20,000 bases of DNA from an uncultured virus (IMG/VR IMGVR_UViG_3300042321_002025) (lineage: Duplodnaviria; Heunggongvirae; Uroviricota; Caudoviricetes), in IMG/VR virus record IMGVR_UViG_3300042321_002025; one strand, 5' to 3'. Positions 7,207 through 15,919 of the stretch are shown here, piece by piece. Each line of letters begins with the position of its first letter. Position 1 is the stretch's first letter. A program made the translations under genes and the position numbers. A model generated the notes under the pieces. That model was not told the DNA's origin, made no database searches, and worked only from the letters and a program-made list of their open reading frames with translations.

Positions 7207-7919
7207 CTTTCAAGTCCTTCTACTTCAATTTTGTGGTCAAAACCACATTTGTTACATTTAATATCTAATGTTTCTTTTAGTTTTGGTAAATTATTAAAAA
7301 AGTTTTCTATCTTACCAAATTGTTCTTGGTTTAAACCTTCAACAAACTCCATTAATTCTTCTGGTGTTGATTCAGTTGCGTAGTAAAATTGTTCACCATC
7401 ATAAATGTATTCAATACTCTGTGCAATCATATGAAAGGTGACATCATTAATATTTTCATATTGCAAAGAATCTTTAACAATACCAAACTCTGGATACTTT
7501 AACTTAATTGAAATGTTTGATGTGAGATTAATCTCAGCCGAAACATCTTCATTCATTTGTACCTGAATTTGAGTTAAATCAACTTCTTTCTCCATAATAT
7601 TACCACATTCAACATCGTCAACCACATTATTACAACGATACCGTGATTCAACTATCTCACCAACTGATTTGGCACGAAGATTGACGAAGTAATATTCAAC
7701 ATCAATGATGGGCAACTTCTCTATGTTCACACCTTCAGTAAGTGTGCAGTTATACAAAATGTCTTTAATGTTCTGTTGAATGGTAGACGATTCAGACGAT
7801 TCAATCGCCATTAATAGATTTCTTTGTTCTTTAACAAGAAACGGTCTATATTTAATTTTAGTTTTTGAAACCGGCAACTCAATTTCATATGTCGGCACGT
7901 CAAGTTTTGGTAAAGCCAT
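7194..7919 (-). CDS. gp26: baseplate hub subunit/assembly chaperone gp26
   Basis: MALPKLDVPTYEIELPVS, YRPFLVKE, LRAKSVGE, LKYP, FFNNLPKL, C-x2-C, GLESFF; SD AGGAG. Confidence 0.92.
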   Translation of the reverse strand: MALPKLDVPTYEIELPVSKTKIKYRPFLVKEQRNLLMAIESSESSTIQQNIKDILYNCTLTEGVNIEKLPIIDVEYYFVNLRAKSVGEIVESRYRCNNVVDDVECGNIMEKEVDLTQIQVQMNEDVSAEINLTSNISIKLKYPEFGIVKDSLQYENINDVTFHMIAQSIEYIYDGEQFYYATESTPEELMEFVEGLNQEQFGKIENFFNNLPKLKETLDIKCNKCGFDHKIEVEGLESFFV

Positions 7920-7950
7920 AATTAACTCCTATAATAAATTAATAAAATTA

Positions 7951-8661
7951 TTACACATTCGGTAGTTGCCTTGGTGTCTGCTCGTTTGGTATTGAAGGTA
8001 TATTTTGAGTCGCTAAGGAATTTGGAATTAAATTACCCGCTTGACCTAAAGCACCAATTGCATTACCACCTAAACCACCAATTGCATCAGAAACAGCTGC
8101 AATACCGGCATCAACCAATTGCATACCGTAAGCCTGCAACGAATTGTTCTGCCAGTATGTGTATGCAAAAGTAACTCTTAGTTTGTGATAACCATCAACC
8201 GCCCAATCTAAATCTAAAGCTTCAATAGAAACAGGATAAGCATCATATAAATTACAAGAATATGATATTTGATTCGTAACGTCATACTGATTTACAGTAA
8301 TAACTGTTGCATAATCACCTTTGTATCTAAAATTGTAATTGTATTGTGGGTTGATAAAGTTTAACCAAGCGTCAAAAAATACCTTTTGGCTCATATCATC
8401 ATCAACAATGAATGTTAATTGTATATCATTAAATGTTGTAAGATAAGGATATTTCTCAACAGGATTTGAACCAATCTTTTGTTCTGTTGTTGCCAAAGAC
8501 CTGCCAGGTAAACTAGCACTTTCACACCGATAGTTCAAACTCTTTGCATTATTGACATAAGGTATCAAAGTTAATGGAACAGGAATGTTGACATCAAACT
8601 TATTTGGTCGTGCAATTTCTTTTCTAAAACTTGCTTTAAATTCGGTAATCGAACCTGCCAT
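7951..8661 (-). CDS. tail-tube-family protein (gp54 tube initiator / gp19-like)
   Basis: ARPNKFDV, RCESASLPGRSL, LTF..D....K.FFDAW, DAYPVSI, LRVTFAY tube-fold motifs. Confidence 0.8.
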   Translation of the reverse strand: MAGSITEFKASFRKEIARPNKFDVNIPVPLTLIPYVNNAKSLNYRCESASLPGRSLATTEQKIGSNPVEKYPYLTTFNDIQLTFIVDDDMSQKVFFDAWLNFINPQYNYNFRYKGDYATVITVNQYDVTNQISYSCNLYDAYPVSIEALDLDWAVDGYHKLRVTFAYTYWQNNSLQAYGMQLVDAGIAAVSDAIGGLGGNAIGALGQAGNLIPNSLATQNIPSIPNEQTPRQLPNV

Positions 8662-8670
8662 TTTGTTTCC

Positions 8671-9255
8671 TTATCGTATCTGCTCTAGTGATTCTTGCCA
8701 CACCTGAGATGTGGAAGCTTTTCTAAACTGTTGAATTGGCAAGAATGCCGCAACGTCCCATTCATTTGGCTGCACGGCAAGTATTTTTGACTGAACATGG
8801 CTCATCAGATACTTTTTGAAGCATGGTTTAAACTCTTTAAACCGTCTGGAGGCGTTTAATATGTCGTAGGTGACATTCATACGCTGTATGTCTTTATTGC
8901 CGTCAACTACCGCAAAATCCATCAATTTATCCAAAAAGGCGACTCGGTACTGAATTGGTAAATAATGCAGGTTCAAACCAGTAAAACTATCTGCCTCAAT
9001 GTTGAGTACCAATACCAATGGAAATCGGTCATAATATGGTAAATCTGCTTTTGTTTTTGGATCATAATAAAAGAAATATAAACCACCATTGTAAAAGTGA
9101 TTACCTCTATCTTCTCGTGCAATCGTAGAAGCGATGCCTGTAGGATTACTAAGCGAACTAATCTTCTTGGTCATCCAACGATAAGCATCTCGGCTCATCG
9201 TTTGAAGTTCCGAAGCGGTTTTTTGTCTTGCTAGTTGTGTAAGTTTAGAGCTCAA
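8671..9255 (-). CDS. gp2: DNA end protector protein gp2 (TTG start)
   Basis: LYFFYYDPKTKADLPYYDRFPLV, GLNLHYLP, KPCFKKYL..HV, W..A.FLP.QQF, VW..S motifs. Confidence 0.93.
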   Translation of the reverse strand: MSSKLTQLARQKTASELQTMSRDAYRWMTKKISSLSNPTGIASTIAREDRGNHFYNGGLYFFYYDPKTKADLPYYDRFPLVLVLNIEADSFTGLNLHYLPIQYRVAFLDKLMDFAVVDGNKDIQRMNVTYDILNASRRFKEFKPCFKKYLMSHVQSKILAVQPNEWDVAAFLPIQQFRKASTSQVWQESLEQIR

Positions 9256-9270
9256 TATATTTCCAAGTGT

Positions 9271-9337
9271 TATAAATAGGTGTAGGCCACGATATTAACG
9301 GTATCCGCCTACTCTAACATTGTAAAGGAATGCCAGT
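9271..9337 (+). promoter_or_regulatory. late promoter TATAAATA followed by a structured leader for the NUMOD3 gene
   Basis: TATAAATA 9271-9278; stems GTAGG/CCTAC and GATAT/GTATC; CATT/AATG hairpin around the SD AAAGGA. Confidence 0.7.
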
Positions 9338-9739
9338 ATGAGTATTTATAAGCTCACCAAAGAAGAACAAAGAATAGTAGATATTAATCTTTGTAGACAT
9401 TTCAACATAGAATATACACCAAGAGAATATGAGGACGTCTGCTTTGAATATAACCACAACGGTTGGGGTGGTGCAACTATGGGTACCACAGGTTACAAAT
9501 ACACAGAACAACAAAGAAAGAATATAAGCAATAGTTTAAAAGGTAAATGCAAAGGTTTTTCTGGAAAACATACTCTAGAAACAAAAAAGAAAATATCTTT
9601 AAAACAAACTGGTAAGAAAGCTTCCGAAGAAACAAAACTAAAGATGTCTAAAACACGAAAAGGAAAAGGACATTCAGAAGAAACTAAGCAAAAAATGCGA
9701 GAATTGGCTTTAATTAGGGAAGCACTAAAAAGACGGTAG
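9338..9739 (+). CDS. NUMOD3-repeat DNA-binding protein, homing-endonuclease-related, no recognisable nuclease domain
   Basis: Four NUMOD3-like units (GYKYTEQQRKNIS, GKHTLETKKKIS, GKKASEETKLKMS, GHSEETKQKMR); no GIY-YIG or HNH motif. Confidence 0.8.
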   Translation: MSIYKLTKEEQRIVDINLCRHFNIEYTPREYEDVCFEYNHNGWGGATMGTTGYKYTEQQRKNISNSLKGKCKGFSGKHTLETKKKISLKQTGKKASEETKLKMSKTRKGKGHSEETKQKMRELALIREALKRR

Positions 9740-10162
9740 GTGATCCTCCGTTAATATTACAAAGTCCCAGCCTCGGTCCGCACAATATTCTTTAGCTTGT
9801 TGCCACTTTGCCTGATTAACTCCCCAGGTTGTCACTTCCGTAATATATCGTTTTGTCACTCTTTTTTGTTTTTCTGGTGGCTGTGTCTGTTTTTTTGGTT
9901 TAACTTCAACCATCCATGTCTTTAAAATGCCATCTTTGGTACGAACTTTAATTATGAAATCAGGAAAGTATCTATGGTATCGGCCGTCTACTGGTGACAT
10001 ATAAGGAATGGCAGTTTCTTCACTTGACCACGAAACACACCAATCGGCTTTATCAAAATGATGCATAAACCTCACCTCCCACGAACTGCGGTAGATGATA
10101 TTATTATAATCCCCAATGTATTTTTGGGGGTTAGAGGGTGTAAATCGTCCAGAATATGCCAT
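9725..10162 (-). CDS. gp4: head completion nuclease gp4 (TnsA-like endonuclease fold)
   Basis: NPQKYIGD, YRSSWE, WSSEE, HRYFPDF, EVKPKKQT, NQAKW, LTEDHL motifs. Confidence 0.95.
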   Translation of the reverse strand: MAYSGRFTPSNPQKYIGDYNNIIYRSSWEVRFMHHFDKADWCVSWSSEETAIPYMSPVDGRYHRYFPDFIIKVRTKDGILKTWMVEVKPKKQTQPPEKQKRVTKRYITEVTTWGVNQAKWQQAKEYCADRGWDFVILTEDHLPSF

Positions 10163-10167
10163 AAATA
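10160..10167 (+). promoter_or_regulatory. late promoter variant CATAAATA for the baseplate operon, overlapping the gp4 start codon
   Basis: At the edge of the 38-bp divergent gap between gp4 and gp48, 33 nt upstream of ATG 10201. Confidence 0.6.
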
Positions 10168-10200
10168 TAGTATTATGTATCTCTCTTTTAGGACAACCTA

Positions 10201-11145
10201 ATGGCTATCATTTCAATACCAACATCCATCGGCGGTGTATCCATACCCGGTGCAGTAGTCAACGGACCACTTGGTGCTCTTTATCAAAACAAGTTTGGTC
10301 GAACCGATTTACAGTATCCAAGAGATTTGCAATCGGCCACCAGAGGCCATTATGTTCAGTTTACAATTGGTGAAATTAAACCAGCCACATTTAATGAAGT
10401 AACAGATAAACTTCTTGGTGCAGCCAAGTCAGCGGCCGCTGGAATCACAGATGCAATTACGAGTCCTTTAGAAACATACAATCAATTAGCTAGTGGTATT
10501 TCTAAGTTTCGTGAAGATCCGAACAGTATTTTAAAATCAGTTCAGTTCACTCAGCCAGAATTAAAAACAGTTGGAACAATTTCATTATATATTCCAGAAA
10601 CAGTAAACTTTACATATGCAGCTCAGTATGACAAATTAAGTTTAGCCACTGCAGCACAACAAACACCTATTATTGGTAAAGCAGCTAAAACTGTTTTGGG
10701 AGCCATTAATTCAGGACCAGCCAAATTATTATTAAGAGGTCAAGGTTACGCTTTTAACCCACAACAACAAATTTTGTTTGAAGGTATTGATTTTAGAACT
10801 TATCAAATGGCTTTTACATTTACACCATATTCAAGACAAGAAGCCGCAACTGTAGAAAAGATTATTAAACTATTTAAAGTTCATGCCGCTCCTCGACTTG
10901 CTACAGGTTCAGCCGGTATGTTTTTTGTACCACCCTCTATTTTTACACCAAAATTCTTTTTTAATGGTCAAGAAAATAAAAAAATTAATAAGATAACAAA
11001 AAGTGTTATAGAAAATATTGATGTGAATTATGCACCAAATGGTTTTACCACTCAATCTGATGGTGCACCAACTCAAATTCAATTAACTATTAATTTTAAA
11101 GAAATCGAACTCTTGACAAGAGATAGAATAGAACAGGGATATTAA
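10201..11145 (+). CDS. gp48: baseplate tail tube cap gp48
   Basis: LQYPRDL, ISLYIPE, NPQQQILFEGIDFRTYQMAFTFTPYS, I..IDVNYAP, L.INFKEIE motifs; precedes gp53. Confidence 0.88.
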   Translation: MAIISIPTSIGGVSIPGAVVNGPLGALYQNKFGRTDLQYPRDLQSATRGHYVQFTIGEIKPATFNEVTDKLLGAAKSAAAGITDAITSPLETYNQLASGISKFREDPNSILKSVQFTQPELKTVGTISLYIPETVNFTYAAQYDKLSLATAAQQTPIIGKAAKTVLGAINSGPAKLLLRGQGYAFNPQQQILFEGIDFRTYQMAFTFTPYSRQEAATVEKIIKLFKVHAAPRLATGSAGMFFVPPSIFTPKFFFNGQENKKINKITKSVIENIDVNYAPNGFTTQSDGAPTQIQLTINFKEIELLTRDRIEQGY

Positions 11146-11146
11146 A

Positions 11147-11746
11147 ATGCAATATTTTAATACATTACCAAAAATTATAAAGACAGACGCAAATCGTAAT
11201 TCTGTTGTTATGACCGATTTGATGGCTCGGTGTTCCATTATACCTGAGATATTAAAAAATCCAATGGTGTATTATGACTACGATGTGCAAGATGGTGACA
11301 CACCTGAAATTGTGGCATACAAATACTATGGTGATTCTTATCGATATTGGATTGTTTTATTTGCAAATCAAATAACAGACCCACAATGGGATTGGCCATT
11401 ATCAACTAATGATTTTGATGCTTACATAGCAAATAAGTATACTTCATTTAATCCTTATTCAACTGTGCAACATTATGAAAAAATTGTTACACAATACGAT
11501 GCATCAACTCAAACCACTACAACCAAAAACATCGTTATTGATGAAGATACATATAACTCATTGGTCATAGGTACTAGCACTTATGTGTTACCAACAGGAA
11601 GTGTAACAATCACTACCACAAAGGCTGCTGTAAGTTATTATGACTATGAATTAAATTTAAATGAATCAAAAAGAAGTATTAGAATTTTAAATTCTGCTTA
11701 TGTTGACCAATTAGAAAAACAATTTACTGATTTGATGGCTGCTTAA
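11147..11746 (+). CDS. gp53: baseplate wedge subunit gp53
   Basis: YFNTLP, LysM-like YDVQDGDTPEIVAYKYYG, WIVLFAN.I.DP..DWP, YDYE...NESKRSI.IL. Confidence 0.92.
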   Translation: MQYFNTLPKIIKTDANRNSVVMTDLMARCSIIPEILKNPMVYYDYDVQDGDTPEIVAYKYYGDSYRYWIVLFANQITDPQWDWPLSTNDFDAYIANKYTSFNPYSTVQHYEKIVTQYDASTQTTTTKNIVIDEDTYNSLVIGTSTYVLPTGSVTITTTKAAVSYYDYELNLNESKRSIRILNSAYVDQLEKQFTDLMAA

Positions 11747-11749
11747 AAT

Positions 11750-13132
11750 ATGGCTGAAATTGACCAAAATATTTACACCGATGTAGAAAATCCTGGTGCG
11801 TATTATCCGCAAGATTATTCTTTAGAATCTATTAATTTTTTAACAGGTTCTGGCCAACGATTTGAAATGAAAAAGTTGTTAATAGAATTATCATATTATG
11901 AAGATATCTACAGTTTTTCTGTGTCTGGTTATGTTACGATTGTAGATGCTCAAGGATATATTGAGCTGTTGGATTTGACAGGAAATGAATTTGTTGAAAT
12001 AATCTTTGCAAAATCTAAAAATGCTTCAAATACAAATAAACAAGTATATCGAGTATACAAAATAGGAGATAGAAAACCTGTTGGTAACTTAAACTCTGAA
12101 TATTATACTTTTTACTTTTGCTCGGAAGAATTATTATTATCAGAACAAACTAAGATTAGTAAGTCATACAAAGGTAAAGAAATTGATAAGGTTATTACTG
12201 ATATATTAGTTGACAAATTAAAAGTAAAAAAAGAGAAAATACGAATTGAGAAAACAAATGGTATAAATGATTTTATTGTGCCTCGTTTCAAACCTTTTGA
12301 AGCAATCAGCTGGTTGTCAACATATGCAAGGCCTAAAGGTGCAGGTGAAATTGGTGCTGATATGTTATTTTTTGAAACAAAGGACGGGTTTAATTTCCGT
12401 TCTTTGCAATCAATGTTTAAAGATAACATTTATACCACATACAAATATCAACAACAAGGTATAGAAGATAAAACACAATCTTTTCAAGAAAAAACAATAA
12501 GTGTTTTAGACTATGAGTTTGTTAAAGTTTATGATATGATGAATGATGTTAATTCTGGCACATTGTCAAATCGACTTATATCTCTTGATACCATGTCTAG
12601 AACAAGTAAGGTTACAGATTTTAATTATATCAAATATAAATCTCAGGCAAAAACATTAAATCCTGGAAGCCCAACAAATACATTAAAAAATAGACTAGGA
12701 TTAACAAATTCTGATTCTTACAATGCCTCATTTAAGGTGGCTACTAGTAATGCTTTTCAACAAAATCAGCCATATATAAAGCAAGTTGTTGATGGTGTTG
12801 CCAAAAACATTGCAATTGAAACATATGTGCCAAATAGAACTGCTCAAATTTCATTGGCAAACTATACTGTGTTAAAGATTAAAATACCTGGTGATTCAGG
12901 AATTACTGTTGGTCGAACAATTAACTTTAATTTACTAACTTTAAAACCAACCACAGAAACAAAAAACTTGGACGAATTTTACTCTGGTAAATATTTGGTG
13001 ACTGCTGTAAGGCACATTATACAACCAACAGCATTTCAAACTGTCCTTGAAATTGCGAAAGATAGCACACCTAAACCATATACTGGTATCAACAATGATT
13101 CTGGTGTTTGGCAAAATACAGTTAAATTATAA
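11750..13132 (+). CDS. baseplate hub protein (gp27/Mu gp44-like)
   Basis: YYEDIY...VSG...IVD..G, FFET..GFNFRSL, IPGD..ITVG, YSGKYLVTAVRHII motifs; lies between gp53 and gp5. Confidence 0.75.
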   Translation: MAEIDQNIYTDVENPGAYYPQDYSLESINFLTGSGQRFEMKKLLIELSYYEDIYSFSVSGYVTIVDAQGYIELLDLTGNEFVEIIFAKSKNASNTNKQVYRVYKIGDRKPVGNLNSEYYTFYFCSEELLLSEQTKISKSYKGKEIDKVITDILVDKLKVKKEKIRIEKTNGINDFIVPRFKPFEAISWLSTYARPKGAGEIGADMLFFETKDGFNFRSLQSMFKDNIYTTYKYQQQGIEDKTQSFQEKTISVLDYEFVKVYDMMNDVNSGTLSNRLISLDTMSRTSKVTDFNYIKYKSQAKTLNPGSPTNTLKNRLGLTNSDSYNASFKVATSNAFQQNQPYIKQVVDGVAKNIAIETYVPNRTAQISLANYTVLKIKIPGDSGITVGRTINFNLLTLKPTTETKNLDEFYSGKYLVTAVRHIIQPTAFQTVLEIAKDSTPKPYTGINNDSGVWQNTVKL

Positions 13133-13422
13133 TGCAAAATTTTATAGGAAAAGATGGTTTTACTTGGTTCATCGGTGTAGTTGAAAACCGAGTAGATCCT
13201 TTGGGTATGGGAAGATGTCAACTTAGAATATTTGGTTGGCACACAGACAATATTAGTGAATTACCTACACAAGATTTACCATGGGCTCAACCAATGTATC
13301 CAATTAACAATTCAAAATCATTTTCAGCACCACTATTAGGTGATTGGGTGGTCGGTTTCTTTATGGACGGAGATTCAGGACAGGCACCAATTATGATGGG
13401 CGTTTTACCGGGAATAGCATAA
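13132..13422 (+). CDS. gp5: gp5 N-terminal OB-fold domain as a stand-alone gene
   Basis: WFIGVVENRVDPLGMGRCQLRIFGWH, LPTQDLPWA, GDWVVGFFMDG..Q.PI.MG.LPG; stops right after the OB fold. Confidence 0.9.
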   Translation: MQNFIGKDGFTWFIGVVENRVDPLGMGRCQLRIFGWHTDNISELPTQDLPWAQPMYPINNSKSFSAPLLGDWVVGFFMDGDSGQAPIMMGVLPGIA

Positions 13423-14241
13423 ATGGCAAATGAAATTCAATTACCTCCTTCTATTGTATCTGTAACTTTTGTTGGTGGCACAGCCGTTGAATCACCAGCA
13501 CCATCTCCAACTCAGGTTAATGATGGACAAACTAAAGGTAATCCTCAAGTACCTGCTGGTGCAAGAAGTATTGTTGCCAATACTAGTGTTGGTTTTGCCA
13601 ATGATAACTTGGCTCATGTGTGTGATTTTGTTACCGATATACAAAAAAATATTGAATTTAAAAAATATGCAAAGGCTACGGCCAAATATATTAGAGATGC
13701 AATTAGAGCAGTTTTAAGAGCATTGGGTTTTGCTGACCCTACAGGCGAAACTTCTTGGCTGGCAACCACACTAAAAGCCATTGCTAGAGAAGTTAATCGT
13801 ATCAATAAAGAAATTTTGCAACCAATTTTAGATTTTCAAAAATATGTTATTGCTTACATTGCCAAATTAAGAGCAATCATTGCTTGGATTTTAAGTTTAC
13901 CTGCAAAATTTTTAGCACTACTTCAAGATTGTTTGTCAAGATTAATTAAATTAATTGGTTCTGTTTTTTCTGATATTGGTGCTGGTCTTTCAGAAGGTTT
14001 TTCAGAAGGACCTAGTAATTATGATGACATTATTAAAGAAGCAAAAGCCTTAGCCGAGTCGGCAGCCAAAACAGTAACCGCAACAGTTGCTGTTGTAGCA
14101 GGTACAGTTAATATTGCTGGTGCGGCAACAGTTGGTCTTTTGATACCCACAAATCAAACAGAACTTGATGCAGCCAATGCAATTATTGCATCATACGAAG
14201 CTCCGGCCAAACCACCATCACAAAATAAATCGGCACCTTAA
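13423..14241 (+). CDS. uncharacterised helical protein at the position of the gp5 lysozyme domain
   Basis: Starts in frame immediately after the OB-fold stop; long amphipathic/hydrophobic helices; no lysozyme motif. Confidence 0.75.
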   Translation: MANEIQLPPSIVSVTFVGGTAVESPAPSPTQVNDGQTKGNPQVPAGARSIVANTSVGFANDNLAHVCDFVTDIQKNIEFKKYAKATAKYIRDAIRAVLRALGFADPTGETSWLATTLKAIAREVNRINKEILQPILDFQKYVIAYIAKLRAIIAWILSLPAKFLALLQDCLSRLIKLIGSVFSDIGAGLSEGFSEGPSNYDDIIKEAKALAESAAKTVTATVAVVAGTVNIAGAATVGLLIPTNQTELDAANAIIASYEAPAKPPSQNKSAP

Positions 14242-14243
14242 TT

Positions 14244-15017
14244 ATGGCAATATTACCACCATCACCTTCAGATAACTCTTGGACAGAACCAGAATCGGCT
14301 AGAAATACCGAAACTCCACCAGTATATCCATATAATAACATACAACAGACGGAATCTGGTCATTCCTTTGAGATGGACGACACTCCAACAAGAGAACGAG
14401 TTCGGTTACAGCACCGTATAGGTACTTTCTTGGAAATGCATCCTGATGGCGATGAGGTGCATAAGGTATATGGTACTGGATACGAGATTTACTTAAAAGG
14501 TAAAAATGTTCTAATCAAAGGTACCTGTAATATTACCATTGAGGGTGATGCCAATATGGAAGTTAAAGGTGACCACAATGTTCAGGTAGCAGGTGATTAC
14601 AATCTATTAGTTGGTGGTAAAATGAACACCAGAGTTGTAGGTGATATTTCTCAATCTAGTGATGGTGATATGTCAATTACTGCTAATGAGAACTTTGGTG
14701 GTGCAATCCGTATGGCTGCGTCTGACCATGTTTACATAGACTCTGATTTGGTAGTTGCTGGCTCTGCTTCGGCTGATTTAATTACTGCTGAAACACGAAT
14801 TAATGCTGGTACTGGATTGTATGCAGGTTTATTGGGTGTATATTCACAAGGACCAATTACTTCATTAACTTCAGTTGAAGCACCTTTGGGAACATTTGGT
14901 ATTATGAATGCTGTATTGATGTCTGATATTATTAACAAAGGCATCTATAACACCCATATACACAATTCACCAAAAGGACCAACCAGTCCGCCTTTGACAC
15001 CTTTCTTTGGAGTTTAG
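14244..15017 (+). CDS. gp5: gp5 C-terminal beta-helix spike with HxH apex
   Basis: YPYNN...TESGH..EMDDTP..ER....H..GT..E..PDG, VxG repeats at 8-residue spacing, terminal YNTHIH. Confidence 0.9.
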   Translation: MAILPPSPSDNSWTEPESARNTETPPVYPYNNIQQTESGHSFEMDDTPTRERVRLQHRIGTFLEMHPDGDEVHKVYGTGYEIYLKGKNVLIKGTCNITIEGDANMEVKGDHNVQVAGDYNLLVGGKMNTRVVGDISQSSDGDMSITANENFGGAIRMAASDHVYIDSDLVVAGSASADLITAETRINAGTGLYAGLLGVYSQGPITSLTSVEAPLGTFGIMNAVLMSDIINKGIYNTHIHNSPKGPTSPPLTPFFGV

Positions 15018-15020
15018 ATA

Positions 15021-15824
15021 ATGGCATTAGTTAATAACGCAACTGGAGTATATGCAACATTAGGTTATAATTTTAGTGACCCAAATGGTGATGTATTAAA
15101 TCTTTCTGCAAATACAGTTGCACATCTAAACTCTATGCCGGCGTTTATTGAAACTTGGCAGGCACAAGACATTGCAAATAACGCAGTTGGCGGATATTAT
15201 CAAAACCCCGTGGCTTCTAATACCGGTTCAATCATTACAATTTCACAAACCATGATAACTGTGGCAAATACTGGGGCCAGTCAAAACATTGCAAATTGTG
15301 ATTTGATTGTTACAGCTGCAAATACACTTGCGAATGTTGCAACTTCGTTTTTAGCACACACTAACAGAATATCAGGAGTAACACCCTTTGTTGGCCAAGA
15401 AGTTGAGAATCCATATTATGACACGGCCATGGGATTAGGTAAGACTGCCTTGTATATCACCAATCAAACTGACAATATAACCAATACTTCACCTATTTTA
15501 GGTAGCTTTACTAGTATACTGATTGGTCCTCAAGTAGGTTCAACAAATGTTACTTTGGCCAATAGTCTTGTAACTCTAACAAATGGAGTGACAGCCAACA
15601 ATTTGACAGAAGCACAAATATCACAGATTCTTTCTGATATATCAAATACCAACACACTTTTGATAACCAGACAAAATGCTGATGTAACCTACTATACTAA
15701 TTTGCGTAGTTTTGTAGACAAATACAATCAGGTGAAGAAATTTACCAATATGGGTGAAACGGAGACCTATTTGGTCAACAACTTTGTTGGTACAGACAAG
15801 ATTAAAGAAAGAATAAACTCATAA
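15021..15824 (+). CDS. hypothetical virion-associated protein (Asn/Thr/Ala-rich, 267 aa)
   Basis: Tightly packed ORF between gp5C and gp25 with SD GGAG; no family recognised. Confidence 0.75.
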   Translation: MALVNNATGVYATLGYNFSDPNGDVLNLSANTVAHLNSMPAFIETWQAQDIANNAVGGYYQNPVASNTGSIITISQTMITVANTGASQNIANCDLIVTAANTLANVATSFLAHTNRISGVTPFVGQEVENPYYDTAMGLGKTALYITNQTDNITNTSPILGSFTSILIGPQVGSTNVTLANSLVTLTNGVTANNLTEAQISQILSDISNTNTLLITRQNADVTYYTNLRSFVDKYNQVKKFTNMGETETYLVNNFVGTDKIKERINS

Positions 15825-15911
15825 TTCCAAAATTCGAATTTTTTGATTCCGGCCCAAAAATTTTTTAGGCGCATTTCAAGATGCTAAAAAGCAAATTTAC
15901 TTCCAGAGCAG

Positions 15912-15919
15912 AATAAATA
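15912..15919 (+). promoter_or_regulatory. late promoter variant AATAAATA just before gp25 (near-leaderless transcript)
   Basis: ATAAATA core ends 4 nt upstream of ATG 15924; no clear SD. Confidence 0.5.

Noticed and set aside
9256..9739. Group I intron carrying the NUMOD3 ORF
   Set aside because: gp2 and gp4 are each intact and there is no room for an intron core.
13420..13425. Stop-codon recoding or readthrough at in-frame TAA-ATG junctions (also 7011-7006)
   Set aside because: TAA is the dominant true stop across the window and other genes are not fragmented, so translational coupling is the simpler explanation.
1265..14944. Remaining short antisense or alternate-frame ORFs in the track (e.g. 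1265..1531, 2658..2861, 2993..3244, 3617..3904, 12112..12429, 14732..14944)
   Set aside because: Nested in or opposite well-supported phage genes, with no recognisable motifs or expression signals.
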